Shown here piece after piece: positions 1 to 15,180 of a DNA stretch of 64,000 bases. Made by a program: the position numbers and the translations under genes. The DNA comes from Ophelia neglecta. Its lineage: Eukaryota. Numbering within the stretch: position 1 is the stretch's first letter; every line of letters begins with the position of its first letter. The notes beneath the pieces were generated by a model. That model was given only the letters and a program-made list of their open reading frames with translations. It was not told where the DNA came from and did no database searches. The stretch spans positions 63,922,001-63,986,000 of the forward strand of contig OZ260662.1 in the NCBI GenBank assembly GCA_965285935.1. The letters are read 5' to 3'.

Positions 1-605
1 TAATCTGTCTAAAATGAACAAAATGCTATGTTTAAGTGATATATTAAATTCATTAATTGTGATTTATTATTGATATCTACTCCTTTAAAGTGTAGTTGAC
101 ATACAGCAGAATGGCTACGAAGACTAAAATATCACACTTTATCACAAATTGCCAGCAACTTTGATCATATCATAATATGCAGATTTAAACCAGTACACTT
201 ATGACACCAACAAGCAGATGGTCACTCTCTACAGTCCACACTCTATGGAGTGTTAATGTTAGTAGGAAAAAGCATTTAAAAGCATAATAAACTGAGTAAT
301 ATTATGTTTATGGTTTATGCATAGATCTAGTCTGTATTAATACAAAACAAAATAGCAGGTATTTGGCAGTAGTCAACAAGAAACTCATGATTACTTCTGC
401 AAGGTTGCCACAAAAGTATGTCCAACATTTCTGTGGTACTTATTTTGTTCATTTTGTTGGTTTACAAGACATTATCTTCAAGAATCTAAAAAGGACTATT
501 GCACATTCCCATAGCATACACATGTTAGTACATGTACATACAGCATAAAGGCACTGAGCTTGTATACAAAACAATCCTGAATAGCTGGCAAAAACTAAGG
601 TCATA

Positions 606-752
606 AACACATATAACATGCCAAGCACTTATAATATGACACATATAACATGACAAGCATTTCTAATTATAACATGACAAGCATTTCTAACATGACATAT
701 AACATGACAAGCACTTATAACATGACACATACAACATGACATGCACTTATAA
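606..752. repeat. Degenerate minisatellite (~20-30 bp units built on ATAACATGACAAGCACTT) downstream of SLC12A9
   Basis: Repeated AACATGACA/AAGCA(C/T)TT motifs visible about 6 times. Confidence 0.8.
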
Positions 753-2026
753 GTCTTTCAAAGGAATATACACAAACACAAAGAATTTATGAAACCATCC
801 AACAAATCAATACGCAACATTCTGGGACAGTGTATGTGTCCGATGGTATAAATGGGAGTTAACAAGGAAATAGAGGATGAACTTTTTTCCCACTGTTTCC
901 TGACCATGTTGATTTTAGTAAACAGGTGTCTTAGCCATACACATTCAGAGAGCATTTCTGAAAGCTTTACAAATACATTAGAATGGTATTACAATGGTAG
1001 AGATATATCATAAAGATGAGTGTACTTGATGGAAGTGGATAATCAGGGTTTACTAGGTATAACATGATCAAAGAAGAGAACATTAACTAACCATCCATCC
1101 CCGGAAACCCCTAAGTTATTGCAATGGCTTAAGGCAAATGACACATTAATTTATGAACTGTAGTTCACCAAGTAATAAATGCCATCATATTTGTGAATGG
1201 CTGCTATTTCCCAGATGTATGTACCATACAGCATTCTGTTCTATACTCACAGGACTCACATACAAATTGTACACTGTACTGTGATGCATGAAGTTTTCAC
1301 AGGATGAAAGTTTCCCAGAATTGTCTAAAAATATGAAATTTTAACAGCATGTTATCTTTGCCAATACCATAAGGCGCCACTAGATTCTAATGGTGTATGA
1401 ATTTTTGCCGCTCTTAATTTTCCCAAGGAGAGGCACAAGGTTAAGTTTAGCTCAGGAAGTCTTAAACAAAAAGTTAACACTGTCTGAAAATAAATATGAA
1501 AACTCATGTTTCTGAACACAGCATAAAATATTTTTCTCAGAATAGATGCACCCGTATCATGGTACCAGACAACAATCACTTTTGAGAAATATGATTGACA
1601 CTGATATTTTTACATGTACCTGTATGATGTTATGATATTATATAATTGATATGTTTAAATCCATCTGAAGCTTAAGAATATCAACTAACACTATACTGCT
1701 ACACGGACAACTACAGACATTCACAAGATTTCATGGCATCTGTCCTTGGCACACCCCTGCAAACCAACATTAAAGAAAAGACCAATGCCAACAAAAAAAG
1801 TTCATTAAATAACATTTCCAAAATATACATGATAGTATTACTCATTAACAACCATAGTGTAGTCTGGACAAAATAAAGGAAAGGGTGGAAACAATTTGTT
1901 AAAATGTGCATTTAATAGCACAAACAAATAGCTCTAACATTAATCCTTGAATATAACAGAAAAAGGCATAGCAAAATGATAAAAGTCAATTTATCACATC
2001 ATGCAAAACTATTAATTCATACCAAA

Positions 2027-5000
2027 TCACAGTGTTGTAGACGTGACAGGGAAGAGACCATGGACAAGGACTGTCGGGGGGAAGTCCTCGGTCAGTTTTG
2101 TCAGCTGGCTGAGGTAGTGTACTTGTGTGCTTTCATCTTCTGGTGCTTTCGGCAGATAACAGAATGTGACTGCTGTTTGCTGACACTGGTTTCTAACCAA
2201 TTCATTAACTGCTTGTAGGTAATTATCGGGAGTTTGTCCAGCCAACATATTTGAGTGATGATAGTAATCTGAATCAGACTCAGTGGGAGAATCCTCTAAT
2301 TGCTCTGTTACATTTTTCCATGTGACCATTTGAATTTTGCCAGGGATACGCAACTGTCTTAATAAGTTTGCTAACTTCACCTTTTTCCTTTCCGTGTCCT
2401 CAGATGGGTTCTCTATACACATGAATATTCTTAGTTTAGTTTTACTTTTCCAACCAGGAACCATGTGAAGTATGCATGCCAACTGCAGCATGAACAGACA
2501 GGTGTTGTCAAAGTAGTTGGCAGTGTCGGGCCTGAAAAAGTTCACAGGCCAAACATCTATATACATCCTATCTTTGCCATTACTACTCTTAAATACAGCC
2601 TCTTTATCTAAATTTCCAAAATGCCTAAAGAGGCAGACATTTTTACTCAATTTGACTGCATCATATATCATATGCACATAGTCTGTGATGGCAACTTTTT
2701 TCTCATCATTAGATGTGCGCAGCAGTGGAAAGTGATCATAGAATTCTGTATTGTCTCCTTCCGGGTCAAGAATTGAGCTATAAAATCTTTGTCGACGATT
2801 CCGCTTTGCTTTCAGTTTAGCAAAGGAGTCCTCTGGCAGTGCATGATCATAGAAGCCCATACATATTGTGTTAGGTTTCATTCCTCCTAAGCCAGACACC
2901 CTGATCAAATGTTGCATGCCATTCCTAACACTATCTGCCAAGGTTAATTCAATGAACGCCTTCACTTTGAGGTAATCCACCAAACTCTGCCACCTGCTGT
3001 AAGTAGATTGACATGGGTCGTCGGTCTCTTTGTCCAAGTCTCCCACCTCTACATGGCCCAAAACATACAGCCCCCCCTTCTTCAGGTCATTTACAAAATC
3101 TATCAGTTCACAGTTAGCTCTTGGATTGGCTACAAAAAGTAAGATCTGAGGTCTCCAGAATTTCACATGATCTTTCCTTCTATCCAACATCAAAAGGTAT
3201 TTCCTCACCTAAGAAAAATTGTTCAAATTTATTATCAATTCAAAGCACTAAAATGCTAATATACATAACAAATGAAAATCCCAGCAAAATTATTGTTCCC
3301 CTGTATCTCCTTTAAAAGGTGTTCCCTGACCTGGTGGAATATAAGAGCTTGGCTTATTGAACCCCATGTGATTGGGAAGGATCTCAGATGAAGGACAATA
3401 GCAATGATCAACACAGCAACAATGGCTCCAGAGGCATACTCTACACTGATAAAGAAACACATAACCATACAGCCAAGCATCCCCAACAGAGACGTGTGCC
3501 ATGAGAAGTATTTAAATGTTGGCCTGAAAAAGAAAAACATAAACGTTGAGGTGGAAATACGCTTCTTTTTGGATCATATTTGTGTACTTTTAGGCCCTTA
3601 TTTGTTAAAATGATGACAAATGATATAATAGTAAAACCAAATTGGCATTGGCAGCCCAATGTAGCCATAGGAGCTGGTGTGAAGAAGCATTATCGGGCCA
3701 CAAAGTATGTTAAATAACCAGAAACTTGAATTTCAAAAGTGGGTTATATTCAGAGGCATAAATAACAAACACTGGGACATTACCTGAAATTTGGTGCTGA
3801 TGCCAGGTCTAAGGCCAGGCAGGCTAGATTTGTAGAGGCATAGGACAGCAGAAAGAGTTCTGCGGCCATCGGAGCTATAGCGTTGAGAGAGCCTATCAGC
3901 AGCACAACCTGGTTAAACAACAGTCAAATAAAGATTTTCTCCAAAAAAAAATGGCACACAACTTGTGATGTAAGGGGTTTATTATTTCTTGATAATTTTT
4001 AAAGCTGAGTGCACTCACCTGAACAAGGCCCCAAGATATTAGAACTGCTACATATGGATTTCCATTTTTAGTAGTTACAGTAGCTGGCTTGAGAAAAACC
4101 CCTGCAATAAGCATATTAATTATAATCATAGAAATATAGAAGGGTAATTACTTACTGTAAATCTTATGCATCTTGAGGAAATGTAGTGAAGTAAAAACCT
4201 ACTTGACTAACTTACAAAATAGTTCATCCCTTGCCAAAGCTTCCAGCACTCTTGATGCTCCAATGAGATTGCCCAAGGCCGCTGACAATGTTGCAGCAAA
4301 TATGCCAATGACAACAAATGGTGGCCAGTAGTTTATAGATTGAAGATAATTATAGTTGTTGACAAGAAGCTCCCTGAAAGTATAAAGGAACCAGAATAGG
4401 GCTACATATAGTGTCCAAATATAATTAAATATGGTCGTGTATTTTTCTAAACCACTTGGATCAGACTTTAAAAGCAGATTTGACTGAGAAATTGTTTATT
4501 TAGATCTATATTTTCAGGACCACCATGTCTCATTTCCTTGTATAATTCATAGGGAGTAAGGAGGTTGCAAAAGCAATGTATTTGAAACTTTTTGCCAAAG
4601 AATATTTTGCAAAGGTTTAGTTTCTCTTTGGGCAAGACATGTTATATCCTTATTACTTTGTATTATACCGTACAATTATATCTTAAACATTTAGCAACAA
4701 TTTTAAAAATTACCCATGCACAAAATTTTGTTGCACATGATATCATTAGACAATGTAAGTTCAGTTAATACTGATTATTTTCAAGAGCTATTTTGTTAAT
4801 TTAAAATGTTAATACCTTAGTTTATATGTTGATGAAAGGAAACAAATTGTATTACCATTCACAAGTGAAAGCTGTGAAGAATGACAAAACAATGTAGATG
4901 GCGAGCGTGAATGCTGCGGCTGATAAGGTGCCTTTTGGAATGGCTTTACTTGGATCCTTGAGCTCACCTACATTTAAAAGGAAAAGACCAAAAATGATTA

Positions 5001-8000
5001 GCAGCATAATTTACCAGAAAGGGCAGACACCAAACCATTTGGATTAACAATATATAGATAAACCGAAATAAAAGAGGCATGATATATTGGTCACTTTTTT
5101 CTATTGTACTACTTAATTAATCATATTCATCACCCTCAGGGTCTATCCGATGAATGCCAACAGAATACAAACAACTTTCCTATATGCCCCAATACATTTT
5201 GAAAGCCAGCCTAACTGCTCAAATAAACAAGTAACACTGGGCCTGAAGTAATGCTCCATTTGTTTTCTCTAGCCCCAGCAACTCCAATTTTTCTCAAAAA
5301 CTAATCATTCCCAAGGAGGTTTGTGGTGCTTCCTGCCCTTCAATTTCAGCTTTTTTGTGCTATCTTGTTTAGACACGTTTTGAGTTACACCATGTTTGCT
5401 AACTAAGATATCAGTAGTACACCTAGTAAAGCTTCAGTTTTTTCTCACATAAACTTGGTCAAAACATTTTTTTTATTGGGATCAATCAAATAATGCAGAG
5501 CTCTCCTGCAGTTTCACCCTAAAATTTATTAATTATATGTACCATATTCTCAGTAATATTTGTGTGACCCAAGAACGCTTTAGAAAAACTGAAAACCTAC
5601 CAGTAGCCATAAAGGCTAAAATGGAAGGTTTTGTCAGAAGAAAGAAGGGGGGTGCTTATTAAGGCATGGGCGCTTATTACAAAATTAATTTGGTTGCATA
5701 TAAGCCTTCATTTACACTTTTGAATTGAAAAGATTCAGCTTCCCGACTTGTACACCCCTCAGGTATTTTTTCTGATAATTATCATGCAAATTCTCAATTA
5801 TCATGCTAAAATTTATTTTACTAACCTGACATGTTAGCTCCATTCATAATACCAGTCACACTGCTAAATAACACAGCAAAAACACTTGCAAAACCCATCT
5901 TATTGCCTGCTATGTAATCAATGGAAAAGTGTGCTAGAAAAAAAAATGTAAAGAATTATTTTCAGATGTGTTAAGACTGTGACTTTCATTAAAATAAATC
6001 AGATGCATTAGTGAAACTGATGACCAGTGTTCACAAGCTAAAACACACAATATTCATGTGCCTAAATGATCCAGGAGGTGATTGTTGTCAGAAGCATTAA
6101 CAAAGAAGTGAAGGGTCAAGATGGAGGTGGCAACAGTGTACCAATTAAACCAATTTGTACATTTTCCCATTATAATTATGCACTATATGCTAATTATCTG
6201 CAGACTTTAAATTCTGTTATTATGATTATCCACCAAAAACTCTAGAAAGCACAGAAAATGCAGCTCAGGTAGAAGCCAATTTATTAGCCCTGCACTCAGC
6301 CATAAAAAGGGAGCAATTTAACTTATATTCCATGTACCATCACAGAGATACAAGTTCCAACAGGAACACAAAGGATAAACTGTTAACTCCTAAGATTTAG
6401 GGCTATGACCTAGGTTAGAGTCGACAGAACTACATCCATTTTTACTCGCAAAACTACAAATTTTAATAGTTTTTGACCGCTAAAACCAGCAAAAAGAACT
6501 AAATTGTGGATGTTATTTATATATGTACGAATAGAAAAAATAAAATTGGTCATTCAATCCAACATGTATTATTGATATACTAACTAAATGTAGTTAGTTG
6601 GTTAATATGAAACAACAAGAACAGGGCACCTACGGAATAAATTGCTGACAAATGTGTCAGTATTGAAGCCAGTAAAGTTAGCAGTCCAATTTCCACAGCT
6701 TTCTGAGGATTCATTGAGACTGGCATTAGCATGAACCACTCCTGTATTGGATGATGGGAACGGGATACAAAGAACAGACTGACCGATCATACTCACTACC
6801 ACAGACAATGTGCAAACCACCAAAATCTGAAATTAGTCAAGTTGCAGAGACAAAAGTATAAATATATTTTAAAGCTGATGATTTGATGAATAACAAAGTG
6901 AATTATTTTAGTACGCATTGATATACACAAAAAGTGGATTTTTTTACTAGTTTTCAGAAACCAGCATACCTTAGATTAATAAGATACACATTTATCACAA
7001 CATTTGCATGGTTTCCTTGGCTTATCTCACTTGGGCAGGAGTATGCCATTTTTTTGGGGAAGTTTATGAATTTAAGTGGTTTGCAGCCAATTGATGCACA
7101 TCATAAGCTGACTGCATGATCTAAGTTTAAAAACTGCTGCCAAATTGTAAACAATGTCAAGAATGTGCCAACAAATTATGCATTTTTAGTACTTATTAAT
7201 ATTGTTTTTTATTTTATCACTCACCAATAGGATGAAAACAGACGTACGAGCAAACATAGCAGCCCCAATAATGCATACAAGCAGGCAGAATGCTAGCACC
7301 ATGGAACAGTACAAGTAGTTCCACCATCTGGTACCGCCTGGAATACCTGAACCATCCCCTAACATACTACCTGAAACATGAAAAACACATTGTCATCATC
7401 AAAGTTCAAATTTATTCCTTGCACCATTAGACATTACTATTTATGAAATTACCAATCTAAAACAACAGCTTATCTGTTCAATAATTTAATAATTGAAACC
7501 TAAATTTGTTTTTCACTTAGGCATGACATACTGTATACTGGGGCACTTTTATTTAAGTTAGTAATGATGATTATGATATTCTAAATAGTTTTTAAGGAAA
7601 TACAACTAAAGCATACCTCCGGGTCCAAAGTTATCCACTACCCCTTCAACAAATCCAGTAATGTATAATGCACAACTAAATATGTTTGCCAGGAAAAAAA
7701 GGAGTCCAATACTTCCTCCAAATTCTGGACCAAGAGCTCTGCTAATCATATCTGTTAGAGCTGTCAAGGCCTTACAACTGTATCACTAAAGTAAACATAT
7801 ACCCGGTACACTTATATGTACAGATACTCTACCACAATACATGTATGTGTTAGGAACTTCATTCACCACTTAGTAGGGATGGGTTAGAAGTCTGGGGCAG
7901 CACCCAGCGCCCATTCAAAATGTCAAGCAAGGCTGATTGTGAAAAGATAAGAAAAAAAACCTTTTTTTGGAAGTTGAATTCCACTAAACACACATGACCC

Positions 8001-11000
8001 TATACCCTCCTCTACACCCTCCTCTCTCTCACAAATAATAACCCTTCTCATATCATCTATATTTTTCAGGATTGTTTTAATAAAAAAAAAGCTGCATATG
8101 GTCAGTGGTTAATATCTTATGATGAGTCCAACATAAAATAAATACTTTTAAGTAAAAATGCATCTTATGTTTTGTTACTGTGACCTATTCAATTTATACA
8201 TAGCTGAGCCGTGTACATGTAGCTCAATATTGTACGTAATTGCAATGATAAAATTATATGTATTACAGCTCTAGACAATAGTTGAATTTATTACTGTATT
8301 TTAATGCATTGTCTGCAACAGGATTTAAGGATCTCAGCAATGGTAGCAGTAGCTATGTTTGGACTACTCTGTTAATACAATGTATTAGTTTTTACTTGGG
8401 ATGAACCCCCAACCCCACTGTACATCTCAATTCTTTATCCTCTCCATCACACACCTTTGCCCTCCACCCGCTAGCAGCTCCATTCTGGAATGAACTAAAA
8501 TATTTGTATGCATCCCCCATGTACCTGGACTCGTTATAGGACAATAAAGGCATGAGTCATACCTTGATATCTGCACTTTTTCAGGTAAACAATGAGATAA
8601 TCTTAATACATGTAGACACCCAGCACTTGACTTACTACAGTAAAGGATATATCTAACAGAGGAAACACAAAGCTGAATCATGTCAATGACAAATCCTGTT
8701 GAAAAAATAAATTATATTTTCTTCTTTTTGAACATATTCTATGAAAAATTTCTGGTGTTACAGAATACTGTTCATTATTATATTCCCAGTGTTACGGTAA
8801 ATGAAAACTTTCGTGTGTGCTGATTAACATGACTGCAGCCAGGGCCTCTTAATAGTGGTTTTAAAACTGAAAAAAGGATACAGTATGCTCCACCACCTTC
8901 TATGGCACCATTTGTGGAGATCGCACATATTGAGAGAATGGTCAGGTACAAAATAATGTAGGCCAGTGCAAACTGCAGCAGTGTGTATAAAAGCCCAGCA
9001 TTTCCCACAATGAAACCTGCAAAATAGAATAATTTCAATCATTCTGAGCTTGTAGGATAAGATAAAATCAAAACATGGTAAGGATCTGACAAGTGATTGC
9101 TGGACTGCCCAGCACAAGTAAAAATAGAAGTGGGACTGTGAATTTTAGCTTCATTTGCATATGTCATAAGCGATAGATTTTAAAAGTTTGGTCAGGTCCT
9201 GCATTGTAAAGTAAGATTTAACAAAAATATAGTAAGAATGGGACCAAATCAATATAACTAGGCTGTATTTTGCAAGAATGAATAAAAATGGAAAATGCAG
9301 GAAAATTACATTGTGCAATAAGCCTGAAACAGTCAAAGTATCAATTCCATGTGTCTGGAACTCTTATTGAGGGTGTATCTTAAACAGTAGACCAACAAAC
9401 GTGTAATGTGCTGAACATTAAACAGTTAGGTAAGAATATGTTAAGAACACTTTATACAGAGATGAAAAAGGTATTACATGCTTAGGTGATCATTCTTTGA
9501 TTCCTTGTTTTACAATCCCGCTAATATGCAGCATACTGGCCCGCTAAGAAAAAAGGTGTTTTTTCTAATCAGTGTTGCCTGTCAACAGTTTTTACACACT
9601 CTCATTGGCATGAAGTTTGTATCATAAAATCATATGGTTTTTTGATAAAAGATAAGGAATTCAGCAGGTATCTTTTAGACTACCCCTGGCCTGGGGTGAA
9701 TGACCTGACGATGAACTTGCAAACATTTTCATCCAGACTGACTGACTCATACTTTCTGGGTTCACTTGAAGTGAAAATTTTGGTAAAACCAAGTAATCAA
9801 AAAATGATCGCTTTAGCCAAATAAATTATTAACTGTTTTGTCAAATTTTATCATTACAAGTGGCTTTCCAGTCTCAATTCAGGATCTCCTGTACACATTT
9901 TTTATAGAATTGACAGGATTTTACCAAATATATGAAAGTTGCTCTAATAATTAACATAGCCAAAAAAAACCTATAAAGGGAATCTTCAACGCATAATCTA
10001 AATGTATTAAGTTAGGGTTTATCTTGTTCCTAACCAATCACAAAATTACTTAAATACAATAAATGACATTTTTAAGTTATTAATTTGTCAGGGTTGTTAA
10101 AAATATTATGATAATTTGTACAGATTGTATAAATTGTATTTATTTACAACATTTACTATGATTGCAATCAATGCATAAGGCCTACTAGTGGCTGGAAAAA
10201 AAAATCAAAAAAATCAAAAAATCATAAAGCATGAATTTTCGCCTTGATTTAAATCATGATTTAAATCACTGATTTAGATCATTTGATTTAAACCAAACAA
10301 CCTGTTATTGGTACATATCTTTTAACTATTCTTTGAACTCTTTTTCTTCCATTTCATTTCATATTTATAGTACCTTCCACTAGGGGTGGAAGATAACCAC
10401 TGGCTTACTTGGTATTATAGTTAATCTATGGTACAAAGTACAAAATTTTAAACATATCAACACACGAAAGGCTTATATATATACAGGAAACCACCACTTG
10501 AATTCTTATATAATGAAAATGAAAGCATTTTTGAAAATGATAAGCTCTGTGCCTTTGAGCTGGAGAACAAAGGATGTCCTGTCATGGCACATTATATTAG
10601 GACAACTGCATATTAGGGCTTTAACACAAGACTAAGTGATGTGGTGTCAGTAAGGTCCCTCTGTAAAACATGCCTTGAGCATGCTAAGGACATGAATCAA
10701 CTCAGCAATATGTACCGGTACTATTAAAGTATTATGTCTTGGTTAATATTCAATAAGATTTATAAGTGTATAGTATAACGATACATTTATAAGCATCATG
10801 TAAGATAATTTGACTGTCATAATTTAAATTGCATAGGTCATGTGTATCACATGCTGAATATCGAGTTACGCTAAATTTAGCAAGTCAGTTTGGAAGACAA
10901 TTGAAATGGTGCGTCATTGAAGCATTAAACCAAACATTAAGGTATCATTTGTAAGAATAATATTATATGTAAATCCCGTAGTTTCTAAGATACAGTACAG

Positions 11001-12943
11001 GTGTTCATGGACCTCCAAACAGGAAATGATGCCTTCTTCACATGGCGATGCCGTAATCAATTTTTTTCTAACGGAAACCAGAAGAACCAAGAAAAGACTT
11101 CTTCCTTAGTCCTGTAGTTTGTTGTTTTGACGATAGGGCACGCCAGAAATAATTTATGATGCTGTGAAAGCTGTGATCGTTATCGCACCACTGACAAATT
11201 GGTCTTTCATATTATTTGGTTCAGACATACAGTTAAAACCGACGTTTAAATCAGCACTGCACAGCTTCCTAGACTCCTACCCCCATAACAAATATTTTAA
11301 ATGCTCAAACACTGGACATCGTGGAGGGCATACGTACACACTTACTCGTTTATCACCATATCACTTTTTATAAATACTGTCCTGTGTCTGTGGGTCAGTA
11401 TCTGGATATGGATCACTCCGCGCATACTAGATGGGGGTTCTGGTCCCAGATCAAAGCTTTGAAAATTGACATTTCCCAGTTCTCAGTGAAATACCGTATC
11501 CGACCGGGTTAGCGCCCAGGGCGTTAAAATTGGCCGAAACGCAAAATTTGGGGGTGGGCGCTAACCCAGACATGGGCGTTTAGGGAGCCAAAAACCTTCG
11601 GCAGGTGTTTGATAATATGGACTGGGTTGACCATGACAGAATTTTCTGGAAACGCTGTACTACTGTACACATTGCGCCACCTATCGGAGTGATGTCATAG
11701 AATGGTGTCGTGTGCATGGTTTCAACTTGAGTAATACGTCACTGCTTCTGCCATAAATTGTGATGAAACGCACAAGTTAAAATCACGGAGACCACCTGTT
11801 CCATTTGATGAACGAAGTAAACAAGATTTATTGCAGATTGTCAAGCTGTTATGGATTAGGAGTGGAGGTTATTATGATGGACCCTCATTATCAAAATTTG
11901 CTGCCAGAGTTGCGAGTTAGTGAATACTGGTTTTGTCAATTTGTGCACTCAATTAGTAACATGGAACTCGTAGTCTCGTACTTGATGAAAAATATGAGGG
12001 GATAATCAAAGCTCAGATCACGATCTGGGACTGGTTGGGGGTGGGCGTTTAAGCTAGTTCTGCCCAAAATGGGGGGTGGGCGTTTACACGAACATGGGCG
12101 CTAACCCGGTCGGGTACGGTATATTGAAATTTACGAGTTCCCAGGAATTACTTCGTTCCTGGAGACTGTAATAACAGAATCCCAATTCACAAAAATAGAA
12201 ACACAGTTGTGTATTCAATATATCAGAATCATATTTCTTTAAAAAAAAATAATAATCCAAGCCCAGGTAAGTGTTATAGGAGCTCACTCCAGGTATTTTG
12301 TTTCGTGACATCCTGGGCATGACGTTCCCAGCTTTAAACCGCAGTTCACAGGATTTTAACTGTTAACTGTCATTCCCAGTTCACGGATATTTTAAATGGG
12401 ATTTCCCGTTTCCCAGGTATCTTCTGAGCCAGATCTCGAATCCCGGGAAATACATAATTCCCAGTTCACGGACATATCAAAGTTCAATTCTAGTTTAATC
12501 CCCCCCCCCCCCCCCCCCGAGTACTGTCTCAGTGTGCCCAGTTTATAAACATGTACATCCAATAGGGCATTAAATATGTAGCCCAACTACCGTACATTGA
12601 AGCATACTACTATTAAAGGTGTATATTCATATAGTTATATCCCCATACACTCACCAAGACGGAGAAATAACACCGTGCTGAACATAGACAATGCAACAGG
12701 ACTAAAAACTCCGGGAAAAGTTCGTAAACTCCTCTGTGACAGTCTTTGGCCGTGGCGATAGTCAAGCGATAAAGTTCGGTTCAGATTCCAAGTAGAGCGG
12801 TCACCTCCGCCAAGCAATGGACGGTTTTCGGAGTCGTCTGTGACTGAAATATGTGTTTCTGCATTTGGGTTAATCGTTACTGGATCAGCCCCTTGATAAT
12901 TGTCTAAAATGTCCCTCATAGGGGAGGACCTTCCAGCAGCCAT
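2027..12943 (-). CDS. SLC12A9: Solute carrier family 12 member 9 (CIP1-like cation-chloride cotransporter), 12 coding exons, ~952 aa: 12655-12943, 8882-9016, 7617-7751, 7225-7370, 6634-6826, 5826-5933, 4856-4967, 4216-4373, 4019-4101, 3784-3908, 3331-3523, 2027-3208
   Basis: Exons join in frame through GT-AG introns (total 2859 nt). Family motifs: [118 protein letters not shown], and C-terminal VTSTTL. N-terminal dileucine ENRPLL. Confidence 0.95.
7752..8881 (-). other. U12-type (minor spliceosome) GT-AG intron between SLC12A9 exons 2 and 3
   Basis: Donor T|GTATCCTTTTT. Branch-like CCTTGAC (7769-7763) about 12 nt upstream of the acceptor AG, with no polypyrimidine tract. Confidence 0.9.
10089..10304. 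mobile_element. Degenerate hAT-like MITE
   Basis: Ends CAGGGTTG...CAACCTG, internal GATTTAAATCA repeats, flanks TAATTTGT / TTATTGGT (6/8, possible decayed 8-bp TSD). Confidence 0.45.
11494..12119. mobile_element. Non-autonomous Tc1/mariner-type MITE (CCGTA termini) in SLC12A9 intron 1
   Basis: 25-bp TIRs CCGTA(T/C)CCGACCGGGTTAGCGCCCA (1 mismatch), TA on both flanks, subterminal GGGTGGGCG repeats. Confidence 0.9.
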
Positions 12944-12986
12944 CGTTAAGCCAGTGTTATGATTACTGTTAAAATTAGGTCAACCG

Positions 12987-12996
12987 AGTCATGTGC
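12987..12996. promoter_or_regulatory. M-box/CLEAR-type MiT/TFE E-box just upstream of the SLC12A9 start codon
   Basis: AGTCATGTGC about 45 bp upstream of the ATG, next to a CRE-like GACGTCA and upstream G-rich, CpG-rich sequence. Confidence 0.45.
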
Positions 12997-15019
12997 GGCT
13001 AGACGTCATATCACGAGGTTTGTGACACAGATGCATAAAGGACAAATAGAAAGGGGGATTCCCATTTAATGAAGCGGGGGGGGGGGGGGGGGGAAGGATT
13101 TTGCCGGGGATTTTGTGGGTAGGAGACCTACTAATAGAGTGTTTAGTATTTATCGCCGGGCCGGGGAGGGGGTGGGGGGCGGCGACATGCAACAAATTAT
13201 TATCGGCCCGCACCTAAACTGCTAAAAGACGGTGGGTGTATAAATGGGTCCCCTAAATTATGAGGGCCTCCGGGCATCGCTGGATACGATTTTTAATGCA
13301 TACTCTGCTCGCAACGTCAAAGACATGCTGGCGTTGTTTTTTCTAAGCCTTCCTCGGACCGCGGCGTCGGCCCCTGCGCTAAAGAAATCCGACATCATCG
13401 TGGCCACGTTTGCTTCGTTTTGGCAAAAAATTGAAAACTTTAACATATATTGTAGTGACCCATCTCCCTTGTAGGATCGAGTATGGTAAAAAGATGTGAA
13501 CTTGTACCCCTTAGAGGGATGACACATTTTGGATAAATTACCATCTGTCAATATTTAAAGAGCGTTATTGGTACGTTTGTGACTCCCAAATGTATAGGCC
13601 TACAGCAATGCGGGCGGATTTTTTGTAGGCCTACTGAAACTCTCAATCGGGAAAGTTCTATAGGCCTACCTATGAAAAAATAGTGACGACGAATTGGGCG
13701 ATCCGGTTATAACATAAGATGGCCAAGCCTATCCTTTCTTTTTATCAAAATTGAAAGTTTGATTTTTCACACCCGAATAGACATTTGATTGTACCCAGGC
13801 GGCATGTATTAAAATGTGTTTTAACTTGTCTTATAACCGACTAAGACACCCTATTGTCATGCATTCATGTTTTCAAAATTGATCAAAAACTTTTGAGTGA
13901 TTGCCCTTATAGATCTACTATTTTGTATAAAAAAGTGTATCGGCTTGTGCTTCTTCTGACTATAGTCCTATAAATTTGGGACAAAATAAAAGTTACACAG
14001 AGACAAGTTCATCTTCATGCTGGCAAAACGAACGTAGAAAACATAATTATGCTTTCCAGGTGGGGGAGAATCTGTGCGACTACGTCAACGGCCCGTCAAA
14101 GGCCGTGGTCAGCCGAGACCTGCCAACCAATCAGGAACGCAGTCGGCGTTTAATTACTGCGTCTGCGCTCGAGGCTTGGGCGGTTATAAGTAAGGGGACC
14201 ACCGTGATCGGCCTTTTCAGTTATTCGCGTACTGGGAATTTAAAGTTTAATTTATTGTGAATCGGGATTCGACAAATGACCGAGGTTCGGGATCAAGGAT
14301 TTGAATTCCGTTACTAGGGAATCACTATTTTAATTTTTCGGGAAGCGGGAAATATACCTTAGGCCTATCCTTATTGGCATGAAAAATGCAGACTTTAAAC
14401 ATTCGGGATTTGTCCTTTTTCAAACTGGGAACTTGGACCACCCTTACCTCCCATCATAAGTGATAATTTAGTTTAGGAACGAACACGTTGCATCCAAGAT
14501 GCATCACTAGGCCTATCTATATATAGATATCACATCTATATATATAACAATGGACCACTGTTCTTTGTGCCAGGCAGGGCACGCATGAACATCACTATAG
14601 CGGTATATCGGACCAATAAATCCACGGCAGCCGCGGTAAATCCGCGGCAGCGGGGAAGCCCATGCGCAGCCGCGGGGAAGCCCCGGTGCAGCCCCGGAGA
14701 CTCCCGTGGCGATTAAACTAACCAATCAGATTTTGGCTATCATATGCTTTCGGATGCATTCCAACTTTAATATTTTGAAAATTCATACATGCAGCCGTCA
14801 AACGACCACGCACGTCAAACTTGGAACCAAACCATCACATGTGAGAATTTATCACCTAGTTCATTATATGGCCTCCAGGGGTCAAGCCCCGTAGAGCTAA
14901 GCTGGACTGTGGCGAGGGAGTGTAATAATTCTGGTTCTCTGCGCATGCGGGACCTTAGGCACTCTATGCTTAAAGTATAGCCACTCCACGGGAGTTACCC
15001 GTAAAACTGTTTAATACGT

Positions 15020-15180
15020 GGGACCACCCCATTCCGCACGTATGTATTTTCTTGTGACTCGGTAAAGTGGGTGTCCTGCAGACATATTATTTGGTCGCCT
15101 TTCGTTCTTAAATGATTAAATACATCTTTCCTTTCAACATAATCTCCCAGCCCGCGACAATTCTGAGACATAATTTTCAT
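15020..15180 (-). pseudogene. Fragment of L1/Tx1-clade ORF2 apurinic-type endonuclease N-terminus
   Basis: MKIMSQNCRGLGD...RKDVFNHLR...IICLQDTH, followed by a frameshifted EWGG. Confidence 0.75.

Noticed and set aside
13075-13180. G-run tracts (also 12500, 21850, 40022, 49500, 58270) as functional G-quadruplexes
   Set aside because: Simple poly-G/C tracts are common here and nothing supports a function.
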